From Eutreptiella sp. 'Long Island Sound 2002' (taxonomy: Eukaryota; Protista; Euglenida): a DNA stretch of 64,000 nucleotides. The notes beneath the pieces are model-generated. The model did not search any database. It saw only the letters and a program-made list of their open reading frames with translations, and was not told where the DNA came from. Made by a program: the position numbers and the translations under genes. Where the stretch lies: assembly GCA_964036045.1 (NCBI GenBank), contig OZ038378.1:129580001-129644000 (forward strand). Reading direction: 5' to 3'. Of the stretch, positions 47,037 through 59,199 are shown one piece after another (position 1 is the stretch's first letter; each line of letters opens with the position of its first letter).

Positions 47037-48875
47037 TATTGAGTGTACAAACCCACCCCAACTGCCATCCCCGAAGTGTGGGTAGAGACACTTGTTTCAC
47101 GGAGCCGAAGCTGTCGGCTGTGGTGCCTGACTCTTAAGCCACGTGGGAGAGGGGGGGGAGGGTTGGGAGGAGTTGGAAAGGGAGGGACGACAACTTGGCG
47201 ACGCCATACAGGGGTACCTCGATGTGCTAGATTTGGAGCCCGCGTCGTCATGGATATCCGCGGAAGCCAATGCCCGGGAGGAAAGCACCAAGTTATGCAA
47301 CAACCTTGCACAAGATCCAGAGACGAGCCGTTACCCCTTCACGGCGACCCCGCATGAGGTTTTGGAGCAGGAGATATCAGCGATGGTGGTGGGCGACAAT
47401 GCCGCAGGGTACCCGTGGAGGTTGGGTGGTTGGACATCATTCTTGTAGGGCCGCACATATTGCCCACTTTTGTGGTCAATTGCGCCCACTTCCTCAACCA
47501 CTCCAACCCTCTCACCTCGGCGTCTGCCCGATGGGCACTGATGCCAGCTATGTGGAGCCCCAACCCACACATGCTGTTGCTCTGAGCGGGCTTGGCCGAC
47601 GGTGATTGCCATGGGACCAAGCACAACCGGCTCTTACAGTACACATGGCTCATGGACTTTCGAGTTTGGATGGTGGGATGAATGGGAGGAGCACTGCGTG
47701 GAGATACTGTTGGACCCCTTAGGTGTAGCGAGCACGTCAGATGAGGTGGACGGTGCCCACCCGGCTCTTGCGGCGGGCTACCGCTGTTGGGCCGACTTCG
47801 GACAGGAGGCTGGCGTGCGCGCTCTGCCACGTGAAGTGGGTGCAAGAGGTGGAGGTTGTCGAAATGACTCTACGGGACATCCCGCACGACGTGGTTTTCA
47901 TGGACGCATTCTAGTCCCCAATGCACCACATGAAGCGGGTTAGTCGTAGCAAACCCCTTGACCGGTTGGTGACGGTATATGGCATGCCCTTGCCGGTGTA
48001 CAACGATGGGTCATGCTAGGCGGCCCTTTACGGGGCGTGGATAGTTCTTTGGGCGCGTGGGGCGTTAGGGGCCGCCCACTCGCCCTTTCATGACAACTAG
48101 GGGGATATAGACGCAGTCCAATCGCACAAACCCAGGTCCTCTGCGTTGTAAATCGACCTCTTACAGGCTTGCCGCGTCTCGCTGGGAATGGGCTTTGATG
48201 CCCCGCAGCACTTGTATTCCAATGGGTTGGAATTTTCTTGGATGGACTACCCAGCTGTGCTGCCGGGGAGGCGAAACACTACTCTCAGGGCTCAGGTGGC
48301 CAAGCCCAAGGTTGGGTGATATGAGGCGTGCAGGAGCCGCAGGTCTACGCACAATGGGCTCCACTAGTAAAGCCCAGATTGCTGCCCACCAGCTGTAGCC
48401 GCATTGGACAACGCACTCCGGCCCTAGAATGTCCCCCCAGAAGTCTCTAAACAATCATGGTGCGGTGTTGGATCAAAGATTGGTCCGGCTGGGTGCCCAC
48501 GTCCACACCATGGGGGGTAGTTGGTACCACCCGATCGGGGTGGGACCCAATAGGCCTACTAGTATGCGGATCGTCCGCTTCCCCAATTTCCTAGCCGCTG
48601 GCTTGGGGAGGTGCGGGCAACAGATGTGGTCATCATCAATGGGCTGGGCGGCCTCCCGCTCCTGCACCCGGTGTGTGTTATTGGGTATGGGCCACAACAA
48701 CGCTATGTGGGATTGTACAACACCCAGGCCCCCCCATGACCATCGGGCGGCCAGCAGCTTGCAGGATTGGCTGCTGGCCACCCTGTGCATAGCCACGTTC
48801 CAAGCGCAAGTCATTTTGCCGCTACCGCGGCTGGCATTGCGGCCAACACAGCACCCGTTGCCCTCAGGTCTGTAC

Positions 48876-50510
48876 CAAGGATGAATTAAGTACTGGCCAG
48901 GCCACTGGCCAAATGGCAAATAAACGCCTTTATGCGTTTTTTTCTCGAAAAATGCCCTTTTTGGGGGGATAACCGTTGTCTATCGACATTTCTTCACACA
49001 TTGCTGATGAGTGTTGTACCTCGTGTGACGTATTTTTACAGCATTTGTGCATTTGTGCATGTTTGAGGGTATCAAAGTTAGAATGTGGTGCAGGGAAGGG
49101 TGAATAGTATTGTGTGTCGGCCAGCATGGTGCATCATAGCGGGAAGATCTAGGATGTGGCTCATGGCATGAATGGACACACGGACACGCCATGTACACTC
49201 ATTCATGCCCCGCATTCATGTCATGTGCATGTGTGCATGTGTGTCCTTAACTGTTTTTATTATTCCGTATATCCCTTTGTCAGACTCTCTTTCCCTTCCT
49301 CATTGTTCACATAGGGTCTGACGTACGGATGCGCCCACTTGGCCCGGTTGCGGCTGAGGGTGCGGCTTGGTTGCACTTCCAAAGTGTTGCCGAGGCCCTC
49401 CGTTTCCTGCATTCCGAGGCGGAAGGGTCTTTGCGGCACCTCAAGCACACCCAAGTCGCCCGTGCTTGATCTGTGTGAATATTGTGTGCAAGTTTTGGGT
49501 TGTTCGGTTGGGTTTTGGCATCAAGTGACCCTGGTGTTGCACCTATCCTCGCCCCTGGCCCTGCCTCTGTAGGGATGTACTTGTACAGTGCCCCCGTGGC
49601 ACCCCTGTTTGTCTGTAGATGGGGTCGTTGCGCAAGCCGGAAACGGCTGCGAGAAGCGGAACTTCGTGCAGATGGTAAGAAGCGGCTGTACATTGACAGA
49701 GACTCTGGCACCGATGAACAATGCAGTACGATGTTCCGGGGGGTTCAGGAGACAAAGGGGGGTGGGGGTGGAAAAGCAAGGGGGGGGGAGGAATTAGGGG
49801 AGGAGGGACCGGAAGAGGGGGAGCACCTATTCTGCCTTGGACAGATGCACGATACATTGCAAGAGAGAGAGGCAGCGAATGGCCTCCCGACTTTTAAGCA
49901 TGCACACTTCTACTCACAATTCGACTGCGACAATCTGCAAGTGATTTTTTCAAATTGCTTTATTGCTTGTATACCATGTGCACAATGTCATGTGCTCAAT
50001 CATTGTTCCACTGTTTGCAGGTAAAACGTGGAAAGTGTGATGGTGGTTTGTTTAAAAAATAAACCATCGGGCAATGTGGATGAAAACAACCTCAAGATAG
50101 CTAGCGCAAATGAACTTGCAAAAAGCATCAAGTAATAAGCATTTTTTGCACTTTTTGACAAAAAGAACACAAAAAAACCAAAGAGCCGTGTGTATTTCAA
50201 GGCAATGTGGATGAAAACAAGCGCAAGGACATAGGAAGCGCAAATGAACGGGCAAAAAACATCAGGTAATAAGCATTTTTTGCACTTTTTGACAAAAAGA
50301 ACACAAAAAAACCAAAGGGCAGTGTGTATTTCAAGGCAATTTTGATGAAAACAACCTCAAGCAAATAGGAAGTGCAAATGAACTTGCAAAAAGCATCAGT
50401 TAATTAGCAAAAATGACAAAAAAAACAAAATAAACAAAAATAAACATTGAAATCAATACTTTACTGGCCACTGGCAAAAAACTTATTGGCCAATGTTTAA
50501 TTCATCCTTG
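48876..50510. mobile_element. 1635-bp non-autonomous TIR element, P-superfamily-like (CAAGG termini, 8-bp TSD)
   Basis: TIR CAAGGATGAATTAA (14 nt perfect, 24 nt with 3 mismatches). GTCTGTAC at 48868-48875 and 50511-50518. Confidence 0.8.
50071..50400 (+). repeat. ~132-bp tandem repeat x2.5 inside the P-like element
   Basis: gcaat(g/t)t(g/t)gatgaaaacaa at 50071, 50202 and 50336. Confidence 0.88.
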
Positions 50511-52690
50511 GTCTGTACCCATCGGGTGGTTCGCGCCAAGGGGGCGTTTGTCTACCGTTGTACGGGAGGGTGAGGGATTGGGCAACGGACTAGGCCTAAC
50601 ATGACCTGCCGGCCAAACGCCGCCCTTCGGTAGTACCTTGCGGACTCAGGGCTGACACCCGTGTGTCTGTGTCCCCACTCCCCTGGGGGTGGGGGTGGCA
50701 GGCCGAACCGGAAGCGGAGCCGGAATTCCTGCCTCACCCCCTCCCTCCACAAGGCGTGAGTTGTACCCCCAATGGGGACCACCGGTGTCGCAACAACGGA
50801 GCCCATAGACCCCGAACTGTGGCTCCAGGCTGCGCACGCCGCAAATGATGACGAGGCAGTGTCATGGTTTGCGAGCATACACGGGACAGGCACGTTGACT
50901 CAGGAAGAACGAACTCCAAAACGTTGACGCCTCGATGGTGACACCAGGCGGTGGGAGCACTACCTAACGGCCTCCGACAAGCTGGCTAGGCAGCATGCAC
51001 AACGCGCCCACAACACCCACTGCAACGCACACGCAGCAGAGGTAACAGGACGGCACCTACAAGAACTACGCACAGTATACACCAACACACTAACTGCCAA
51101 AACAGAATACCACCTGCTGCTAACAGCCCTGATCAAGGAGCATATCAAGCACAACGACTACACAATACATATACAACAATGTGCCTGGAACGCCGACAAT
51201 GGTACGAACAGGCAAAAAACGACACAGTGAGACGGTACGCAGACAAAAAAAACATCACTCCTTATATACGAGAGGTTTGAGAGAATGCGCACCGTCACCA
51301 ACCTGCTGCTGGCTCACCACATGCAACAGGCACATTACAAGTGTTGTCAACAGGAACACATCATGAACTTGATGCAGGGGTTCAAAAGGAGCTGCCAACA
51401 GAAAACGACACTGTACTGGGATGCGTCCAGGCAAGCACGTCAGACCATATACCTCATACGGAAACGACCGCGGGAACAATGGGACCCCACCTTGTGGGAA
51501 GTCCCATTGCAACCCTTACCAAAACGACAAAAAGCGCACTGGGATCCAAACGAGTGGGAAATCCCGCTAACATGACCACACCAACCCCAACGGGAAAACA
51601 TGGGGGCCTAGCCACGAGATGAAGCCCGTATGCTCACCCTGGCATTGCCGAAATCTGTATTTAGCTTTGAACTTGGCCCACAGCGGCTCTTGGCACTCTC
51701 TGAAGTAGCCTATTTGATAAAAAAAATTGATGGCAACCCCCCCCCCCCCCCGTGATTTGTGTTTTTGGGTCACAATTGCGGAAAACCAAGTGAGAAACAA
51801 TTTTGTGCAAATTTAGTAAAACTGAGTGAAAATGTAGGAACATTGTGTCAGTATGACTGCACCCAAGTGTAGCACGGGTGTACAGAGTGAGTACCAAGTG
51901 AGTACCAGTCTTAGATTCCAATCCTTGCAAGAATGTACAAAAAGTCACCCCAAAGCACACATGCCTCGCCCAAACACGTGGCATTCAATCTGCTGAACCT
52001 GACACTGGGTCTTTTAACCGTGATGTTGGGGAATGTGACATCAGGTTTGTTTCCCAAACAACTCCAAGGAGTACATACGAGGACAGAATGTGATTTTCAT
52101 TTCCCCTAGAATTTCTGTGTGTCTGTGTGTGCGTACTGTCTACCGCAAAAAGGCGCCTAGTTGCCCATGTCTATTGTCACATGGACGGCCTGATGAGCTG
52201 CTGAGTGCCCAGTGCTCCGTTTTGCCTGCAGGGGTTTAACGGTTTGGGTATTCTTTACATCGTGTGTGCGTACATGCATGTGGAGTGTTTGGTGAGACTG
52301 AGTGAGCAGCAAAGTTGAACTGAAAGTGAAATCCGGTAAAATTGAGTAAAGTGTAGTAAAACCGAGTAAAAGCAGGTTTGAAAGCTGTTTTTTTATAGCA
52401 GGTTGAAACGGGCAACAGGAATGGGACGGCTGATGCACCCAGAATAAGAACGACCTGTAGCAGATGTATCTCCCCTCAGCAAAGACCAAGGCGACCTGAA
52501 AATTGTTGTGTAGGGGGGTGGCATGGACGCCCGCCGAAGGAGGGGGCGGGGTTTGGAGAAATGGGGTTCCGTGTTGGGCCCTTTGTTTTGTGTAAGAACG
52601 GATGTTGGCGCTGAAGGCGCAGGAACCCAAAATTCTATTGCCTTTGGCAAGTCCACCTCGCAGAGAATCTACCCCAAGCAACGCACACAC

Positions 52691-53603
52691 AAAATAGGGT
52701 AAAAACTACATAAATACGGGCTAAAACATGCTTCACGTATCTTGGATGGTCATTTTAGGTGATCACAATATCAAAAAAATAAGTTCCAAAAACTTCGATT
52801 TTTGAGCTGGCATAAGCAGGTTGTGTACCAATCCCTTGGAGACCCCCCCCCCCCCCTCCCGCACCCAATACCCAAATAGGGTGGAAAACACATAAATACG
52901 GCCTAAAACATGCTTTACATACCTTGGATGGTCATTTTAGGTGATCATGGTGTCAAAAAAATAAGTTTCGAAAACTTCGATTTTCGAGCTACCCACGGTG
53001 AAAAACTGCATAAGCAGGTTGTGTACCAATCCCTTGGGAGACCCCCCCCCCCTCGGACCTAATACCCAAATAGGGTGAAAAACACATAAATACGGCCTAA
53101 AACATACCTTGGATGGGCATTTTAGGTGATCATGGTGTCAAAAAAATAAGTTTCGAAAACTTCGATTCTTGAGCTGCCCAGGGTGAAAAACCGCATAAGC
53201 AGGTTGTGTACCAATCCCTTGGCAGACCCCCCCCCCCCCCCCCGGGACCTAATACCCCAATAGGGTGAAAAACAGGTAAATAGGGCCTAAAACATGCTTT
53301 ACATACCTTGGATGGTCATTTTAGGTGATCACAATATCAAAAAAATAAGTTCCAAAAACTTGGATTTTTGTGTTGTATAGGCTGAAAAACTGCATAAGCA
53401 GGTTGTGCAGCAATCCCTTGGGAGACCCCCCCCCCCCCCGGACCTAATACCCAAATAGGGTGAAAAACACATAAATATGGCCTAAAACATGCTTTACATA
53501 CCTTGGATGGTCATTTTAGGTGATCACAATATCAAAAAAGTAATTTTCGAAAATTCGATTTTTGAGCTGCCCAGGGTGAAAAACTGCATAAGCAGGTTGT
53601 GCA
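52691..53603 (+). repeat. ~190-bp tandem repeat x~5 with variable poly-C
   Basis: aataggg(t)...cctaaaacat...ccttggatggtcattttaggtgatca...gcataagcaggttgtg...gagacCn, starting at ~52691, 52874, 53068, 53258 and 53453. Confidence 0.92.
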
Positions 53604-54509
53604 CCGGCCCATTCTCTAGGCCAGTATTGGTGGAACCAGCCATTTCGCGTCTTTAGCACGGGCATTGACCGGCCCTCGGCAAGGCTACAGACTGCAAAAA
53701 ACGTCCTTCCGTATCCTAGTAGGCATATATTGTCACAACCTGATTTTGGCCCGAAAAAGTTTTTTCCACCAATAATTCCCCCCCCCCCACATTTGAGTAG
53801 TCAAAATGATCAGCACGACGCCATAGATTTTGAGCCATAGATGTTGGGTTGATCCCCCCCCCCCTCCCCGGCACAGCAGGTCGGGCACCCCCGCCCTGAA
53901 CCCCCCCTCCCGTCACGGCGGCCAAGGAGGGGGGGGGTCGGGAAAATGGGCTTCCGTGCCCCCCCCCCCCCCCCCGCAGAGCAGGGCATCCCAACAACAT
54001 GTGCCTGTCTGCCCACAAGAAGTGCATATCGGAACTGGTCTCATCCGGCTCTGGATTATGAGGGACAATCAGAGTGCTCTGAGTTTAGCTCTCCAGCCAA
54101 ACGCAGCGAGACTCTTTGTTGGTTGTCTTCCTGATGGATCATTTCAATAAGGGCATCATTGCGTTCCGGTGAGTTTTGTGAGGAAGCGCCCATCTATTGT
54201 GGGCATTCATTAGTTGCTGGTAGTTGCAAAATGGCGACGAAGCGCATGCCAGACTGTACCCTGGTGGGCTGAACCAGGCCGGTGCACGCATGGTGCAATG
54301 AGCGGTGCCTGTGTAGCAATGATAATGGTACAGATGCTACTGGTGCGTTGAACGTATGGTGATGGTTGTGCTGCTGTTGCAGAGGGCGCCGCTGCAAGCA
54401 CAGGCGTGGATGTGATGGTGATTGTATGGTGATGGTGATGCTGATGCTGATGCTGATGGTGAGTGGTGGTGGTGGTGCCCCTCTTTGCCAAGGGTTTCTT
54501 TTCCCACAG

Positions 54510-54905
54510 GTAGGCATTAACGTCCCTCCGGCGCGGTTCAGCATGTACAACAGCAACAATTACCTGGTGATCCAAAAGAACATCTTCACCTTCACTGAAG
54601 AGGTGATGTTCCAGATCGGCTTCCCCCGATTTACCACGGCGTTGGAGCTTCTGGGGTTCATGAAGGAGTCCCGTCTCTTTGCCTTATTCCTGGGGCTGAT
54701 CATCAGCATCGTTGGCACGATTCTCACCATTCTATCCATCACCCTCATCTACTCTCTGCTGATGATTAACATCGAGAATCGGACGTTCGAAATCGGGGTG
54801 TTGAGAATGATCGGGATGAACCGCAACCATGTCATGCAACTGGTGCTGGTGCAGTCTTACTTCTATGCCATTCCGGCATGGCTCATTGGACTGGGTACAG
54901 CCCAG
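54510..54905 (+). CDS. FtsX/MacB-type permease, exon 3 (FtsX domain)
   Basis: Acceptor tttcttttcccacag|G; VGINVPP...LIYSLLMINIENRTFEIGVLRMIGMNRNHVMQLVLVQ (hallmark FtsX R-x-x-EIG-x-LR-x-x-G motif); donor CAG|gttgtg. Confidence 0.92.
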
Positions 54906-55191
54906 GTTGTGAGGGTTGCATGACAGGGGACCCCTGCTCGTCTGCTCCCCTGCTCCCCTGCTCTGGTGTTTTCATCTGCTTCCCCGGTATCTAAGGGGTG
55001 GGCGGGGGGTAGCATTGCAGTACTAGGCAGTGCGAAGAGGAACGGAGTCAAATGCAAAACCAATCGACTTTGGCCCCGGTGCCGCTCCAAATCTGCGAAA
55101 CCCTTTTCGATTTCTTGAGGAAGAACGTCATGCATGTAGACAGCAGAGGTACATTCGCTCCGCACGGCTGTCTTTCTATGCATCTCTGCAG

Positions 55192-55356
55192 GTTGCCTTC
55201 ATTGTCATCAACAGCTTCTTGAAGGGTATCCTCCTCATCGAACTGAAGAAAAACCTTTCTGCCAGCTCCTACATCATTGCCACCATCCTCGGCCTTGGTA
55301 TCCCCGCCCTGGCCTCCATTCTGCCCATCAAGAACGCATTGAACCAGAATCTGCAG
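55192..55356 (+). CDS. FtsX/MacB-type permease, exon 4 (later exons not located in the window)
   Basis: Acceptor catctctgcag|G; VAFIVINS...IIATILGLGIPALASILPIKNALNQNLQ; donor CAG|gtgcca. Confidence 0.88.
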
Positions 55357-55680
55357 GTGCCATCCGCCTATTCCATGGGTGCCACACTGCCCATTACCTC
55401 TTTTGCAGCCCCCCTAACTACACACTCTGGTAAGGGGCGTTGTAATCGAAAAAGAGAGCAGTGGCTGGCAGATAAGCAGAGGTGTACCCTCCTGTCTCTG
55501 CACAACCGAGATGTGGGGGCAGCAAAGATAGGCAGCAGAAGCTGGGTGGCAGTGACACATAGGTGCAGGGAAGTTGAGTTGCAGAAAACCTAAGTAGCAG
55601 GGAAGCAGGGAGCAAGGAAGCTGGGAGCAAGGAAGCAATGCACACATTGCAGCACTCCTCCCGATACTGCTGCTGCATCT

Positions 55681-56270
55681 GGGGATGGGGAAAATTGGCT
55701 TGCGCCCGGGGGGGGGTCACGGCTGTCGCCTGAAGGAGGGGGGGGGGGGGGTTTGGGAAATGGACACCTGTGACAGGACCTATGTATGGTCCTCATTGTC
55801 AGCCTTTTTTTTTTTTACTATGCTATCCACTCTCTGATTTTTTATTATAGGCAGATCCTGACTTAGCTTAGTTGGTAGTAGGCCTAGGCTCCATGACCAG
55901 AGGTCCGGGGTTCAAACTCTGCTGCACGTAATCTTTTTCCATTCGCTTTTTTGGTCTTTTTTATGTCTTCACACATGTTCTGATTCTGATTCATCGGAGT
56001 CCTCTGATGTGTCTTCCTTGACATCTGCATCAGACTAATTTGCCAACGGGAGGCCATGGTGGGGCGTTGCATCCCCCCCCCCCCCCCCCGTGCTATGGGA
56101 TGCAACCGGAATAGACCGGACATAAATACCACCACCGTTGGGGGGGGGACTCGGGGGCTGTGTATACCGGTTGTCATTGCCCCGTCACGGCAGGCCAGAA
56201 GGGGGGGGGGGGGTTTGGGAAATGGACATCCGTGACCCCCCGTGGGCGCAAGCCAATTTTCCCCCACCCC
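55681..56270. mobile_element. ~590-bp MITE-like element with ~42-bp TIRs
   Basis: gggg.tggggaaaattggcttgcgccc..ggggggtcacgg at 55681-55722, inverted at 56230-56270. No TSD resolved. Confidence 0.6.
55857..55930 (+). pseudogene. Degenerate tRNA-like sequence (tRNA pseudogene or SINE head; anticodon-like CCA)
   Basis: A-box TAGCTTAGTTGGTAG, loop CTCCATG and B-box GGTTCAAAC at tRNA-like spacing. The acceptor and anticodon stems pair poorly. Confidence 0.4.
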
Positions 56271-59199
56271 TGCCACTACAGCTTCCACCAACACACCATT
56301 CTTGGTTGCACTCTCGTGCTTGCAAGGCAAATAAACACAGCTGCTATGTGGGCCCTGCACTCTCCTCATCCAACGACATGGTCGGCTGTTGATTGGTCGC
56401 TAGTCTTGACGCCGGTGCCTCCGCCAAGGCCCTTGACCAAGCTTGGGTAGTTGAGTAGAACAAGGTGCAGAGGTGTTTGCAAAGAGGGCTATCCGACAAC
56501 AGCTTCTATTGCACTTGTATGGGCTGTTGACCATTGTTTCTTGGTGCCACGTGTAGATGACCTTCAGCATTGCATCAATGTGACATGTCCGCAGGGACTT
56601 CAGAAGAGGGAACTGGTGCGCTAGGTTGAGGGAGGCATCCCCCGCTGTGTGCTCAATCACAGCAAGCTGAGACCCTAGCCGACAGTTGTCCCTATCATTT
56701 CTCAATTGTAGTCCATGCCAGCTTTGGCACCCATCCGTAGGAATTCCCTCCACCTCGAACCTGAATTTGAGCCAATGTTGCAACACACCCCTTGCACATC
56801 ATTGCGACAAGAGGACCCGCTCGTGCCAGATGCCTTGAGCACCGGGACCCATTGCAAGACCTCATGGAGGTCATCTCCCACATCCCTTTGGGTAACCCTC
56901 GCATGTCGACCACGCGGCCACTCTGCGTCGCATTTCCCCGCGGGCGCCACCTGCCCCCGCGCCGTATGGTAGCACGGTTGAAGTGGCCAACACACTTCAC
57001 CACTTCCTCTACCGGCTCCACCCCAAACCCCTTAATAATCTGCCACGACCTGGTTTTTGAGCAAATGTAGGCATCTATCTCTCCGCACGGCAACTAATTG
57101 AGCAAAACGGGTGTTTTTGTGTCCTTTTCACAACGATGATGTGCACACTAGTGTTTCAGATGATGACTTCTTGCTATGCCGGTTTATTGCCACATTATGT
57201 ACCGTGCAAAAAGAGGGCACACATTGATACATAGCCTATTGTTAAGACCGTCCATTGAAGGGAGTTTTTTTCATCTTTTCAATGTTGCCCAGATGTCTTA
57301 GGTGCCCAACTATGCACGCTCTAATAGGGTGTTGCTTGTCCCTGTGAAGTGGTCGTTCCACGTGTACATTCAATCGCACAAATTGTGAAGCAGGCACACG
57401 CAGAGGCAGGGAACCGATGGGGATGCCGGATTATTGGCACATGCCACTGTTGAATATGCATGGTCATTTGAAGTCCCTTATATGCGCAAATATCACCTTG
57501 AAAAATGGGATATTTGACCAAACAAAGGAAGTGGTGCTCCTCTTTTTTTTTTTTTGAAAAAGACCAATTCCATGTGCGTGGTCACACGTTGTACAAGGCA
57601 GTTTTCTTAGCCATTGGACCATTCATGGCATATGTTATTGCCAAGGTGTGTGTTCTGTTTGTCCATTTGTTTCCGTCGTTGATGCATTCACAACCATGTC
57701 ACCGTTTGCTCCGTATGGACCGTAGTGGTGCGGTCCATATGATGGATCTTTTTCTTGTTATTTTGTAATTACCTTTGTACTATGCCGCAAGAAGCAACGC
57801 TTCATCTATCACATTCAGGTTGTTGTCCCCACTTTTTGCCATGCTGTCCCATTCAGTACGGTCGTTTGGGTATTTCTGAAACCGATATTGTCCTTTTCCA
57901 TCGGTGCCAAGGTGGCAAGTTATACGCATCCAAGCAGGAATGATCCCAAGGATGAAAGGAAGGAAGAGGTGGTGGATGCATTTTGCAAATGATTCCTAGA
58001 CCTACGTGGTGATTGGCGGTGTAGATAGTCCATAGGGGACTTGAATTAGCAAAGGGGAAAGCGTAAGCTAAGGTTTCTGCTTTCTCGTTTGTTTCGGGTA
58101 GACTAGGAGGATCCTATTAGGATGCGGAGTGTTTTGCATGCAAGGTACCGCCCACGCAAGCGGACATTACCGTGTAATGTCCGAGTAAGTGGTAAAGCCC
58201 TTTGTCGCTGAGTTGCACTTTGGGTTGTGCCGTTTTCTGGTCCCCTTATTTACTATGTAGGCACAACAATTGTATAAAGTTTTGTGTGATTCCCTCGAGG
58301 GGAAACACACATCCTTGTGGCCTGATAATTCATATTGACGCAGTTCCGTCTTTTTTGAGATGAAGAAATTCGGTAGTTGAATTGCCTCAGTCAATTCGTT
58401 GATCATTGCATTGGGAGTCGGCTGACCTTTTTTATCTATATGCATCCCACCATTTTCTTAAACGGACTGTGCTCTATCAATAGTTAATAATTGTTAAAAT
58501 GTTTCCGTCCACCGCCAAAACAAGACCCAAGGAGATGTTGAACGCTATCGATTTTGAGCGTTACATCATTAAGGGGGTGTAGGAGCCCTTCAATGGGCGT
58601 CCACCAAGGAGTGGGCCTTTGTGCGTACTATGGTGTTGAAAAGATTCAGGGGTTCGAGAGATCATCTATTGAAGTGGATTTGGGGGTTTGGGGCTTTCGA
58701 ACCATTCACTCCGGACAAAGATGTTCTCAGTGAGTGCACCATAGGTTATGTGTTGACGCGGGGGGTTTCACTCCAAGTGGAAACGGGATTTTTTATTGCT
58801 GCCCCCAATACTTCACCGTGCCCTTCTTCTGATGGTTGCTTCAACGTCATCAACAGTTAATAGCCAACCTATTCGAATAGGTACAGCACCTGTCTTCTGC
58901 GCCATGTAACCCCTCGTTGTCATCCCGAAGCTGCCCGTCAAGTATGAATTGAATGTCTGCTACAACCACCCCAATGGGTAGCACGGATGTTGTGATTTTT
59001 ACATGGGATGGTCCTCAGAATGCTGCTGCCTATGAAGGATGTGGAGATGTCCCAAAAATTGGGCGGCGACCAATACTATGCTTTTCTGATGGAGTTCACT
59101 GGGGCCTACGAGACTAAAAAAAAAAGATCGAAAATTGCCAAAAACCCAGTCTCAATGGCCAAACTAGCCTTAGCTAGCCTCTTCAAATCCTAGGGTCAC

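Noticed and set aside
54194-54575. His/Gln-rich minus-strand ORFs
   Set aside because: They come from a short (GAT/GGT/GCT)n trinucleotide tract just upstream of the exon 3 acceptor and from the antisense of exon 3.
57500-59190. FHVRGH and neighbouring ORF fragments as a KDZ-type transposase or as further permease exons
   Set aside because: It is a single short motif without supporting residues. None of the fragments resembles the expected permease continuation or has convincing splice sites.
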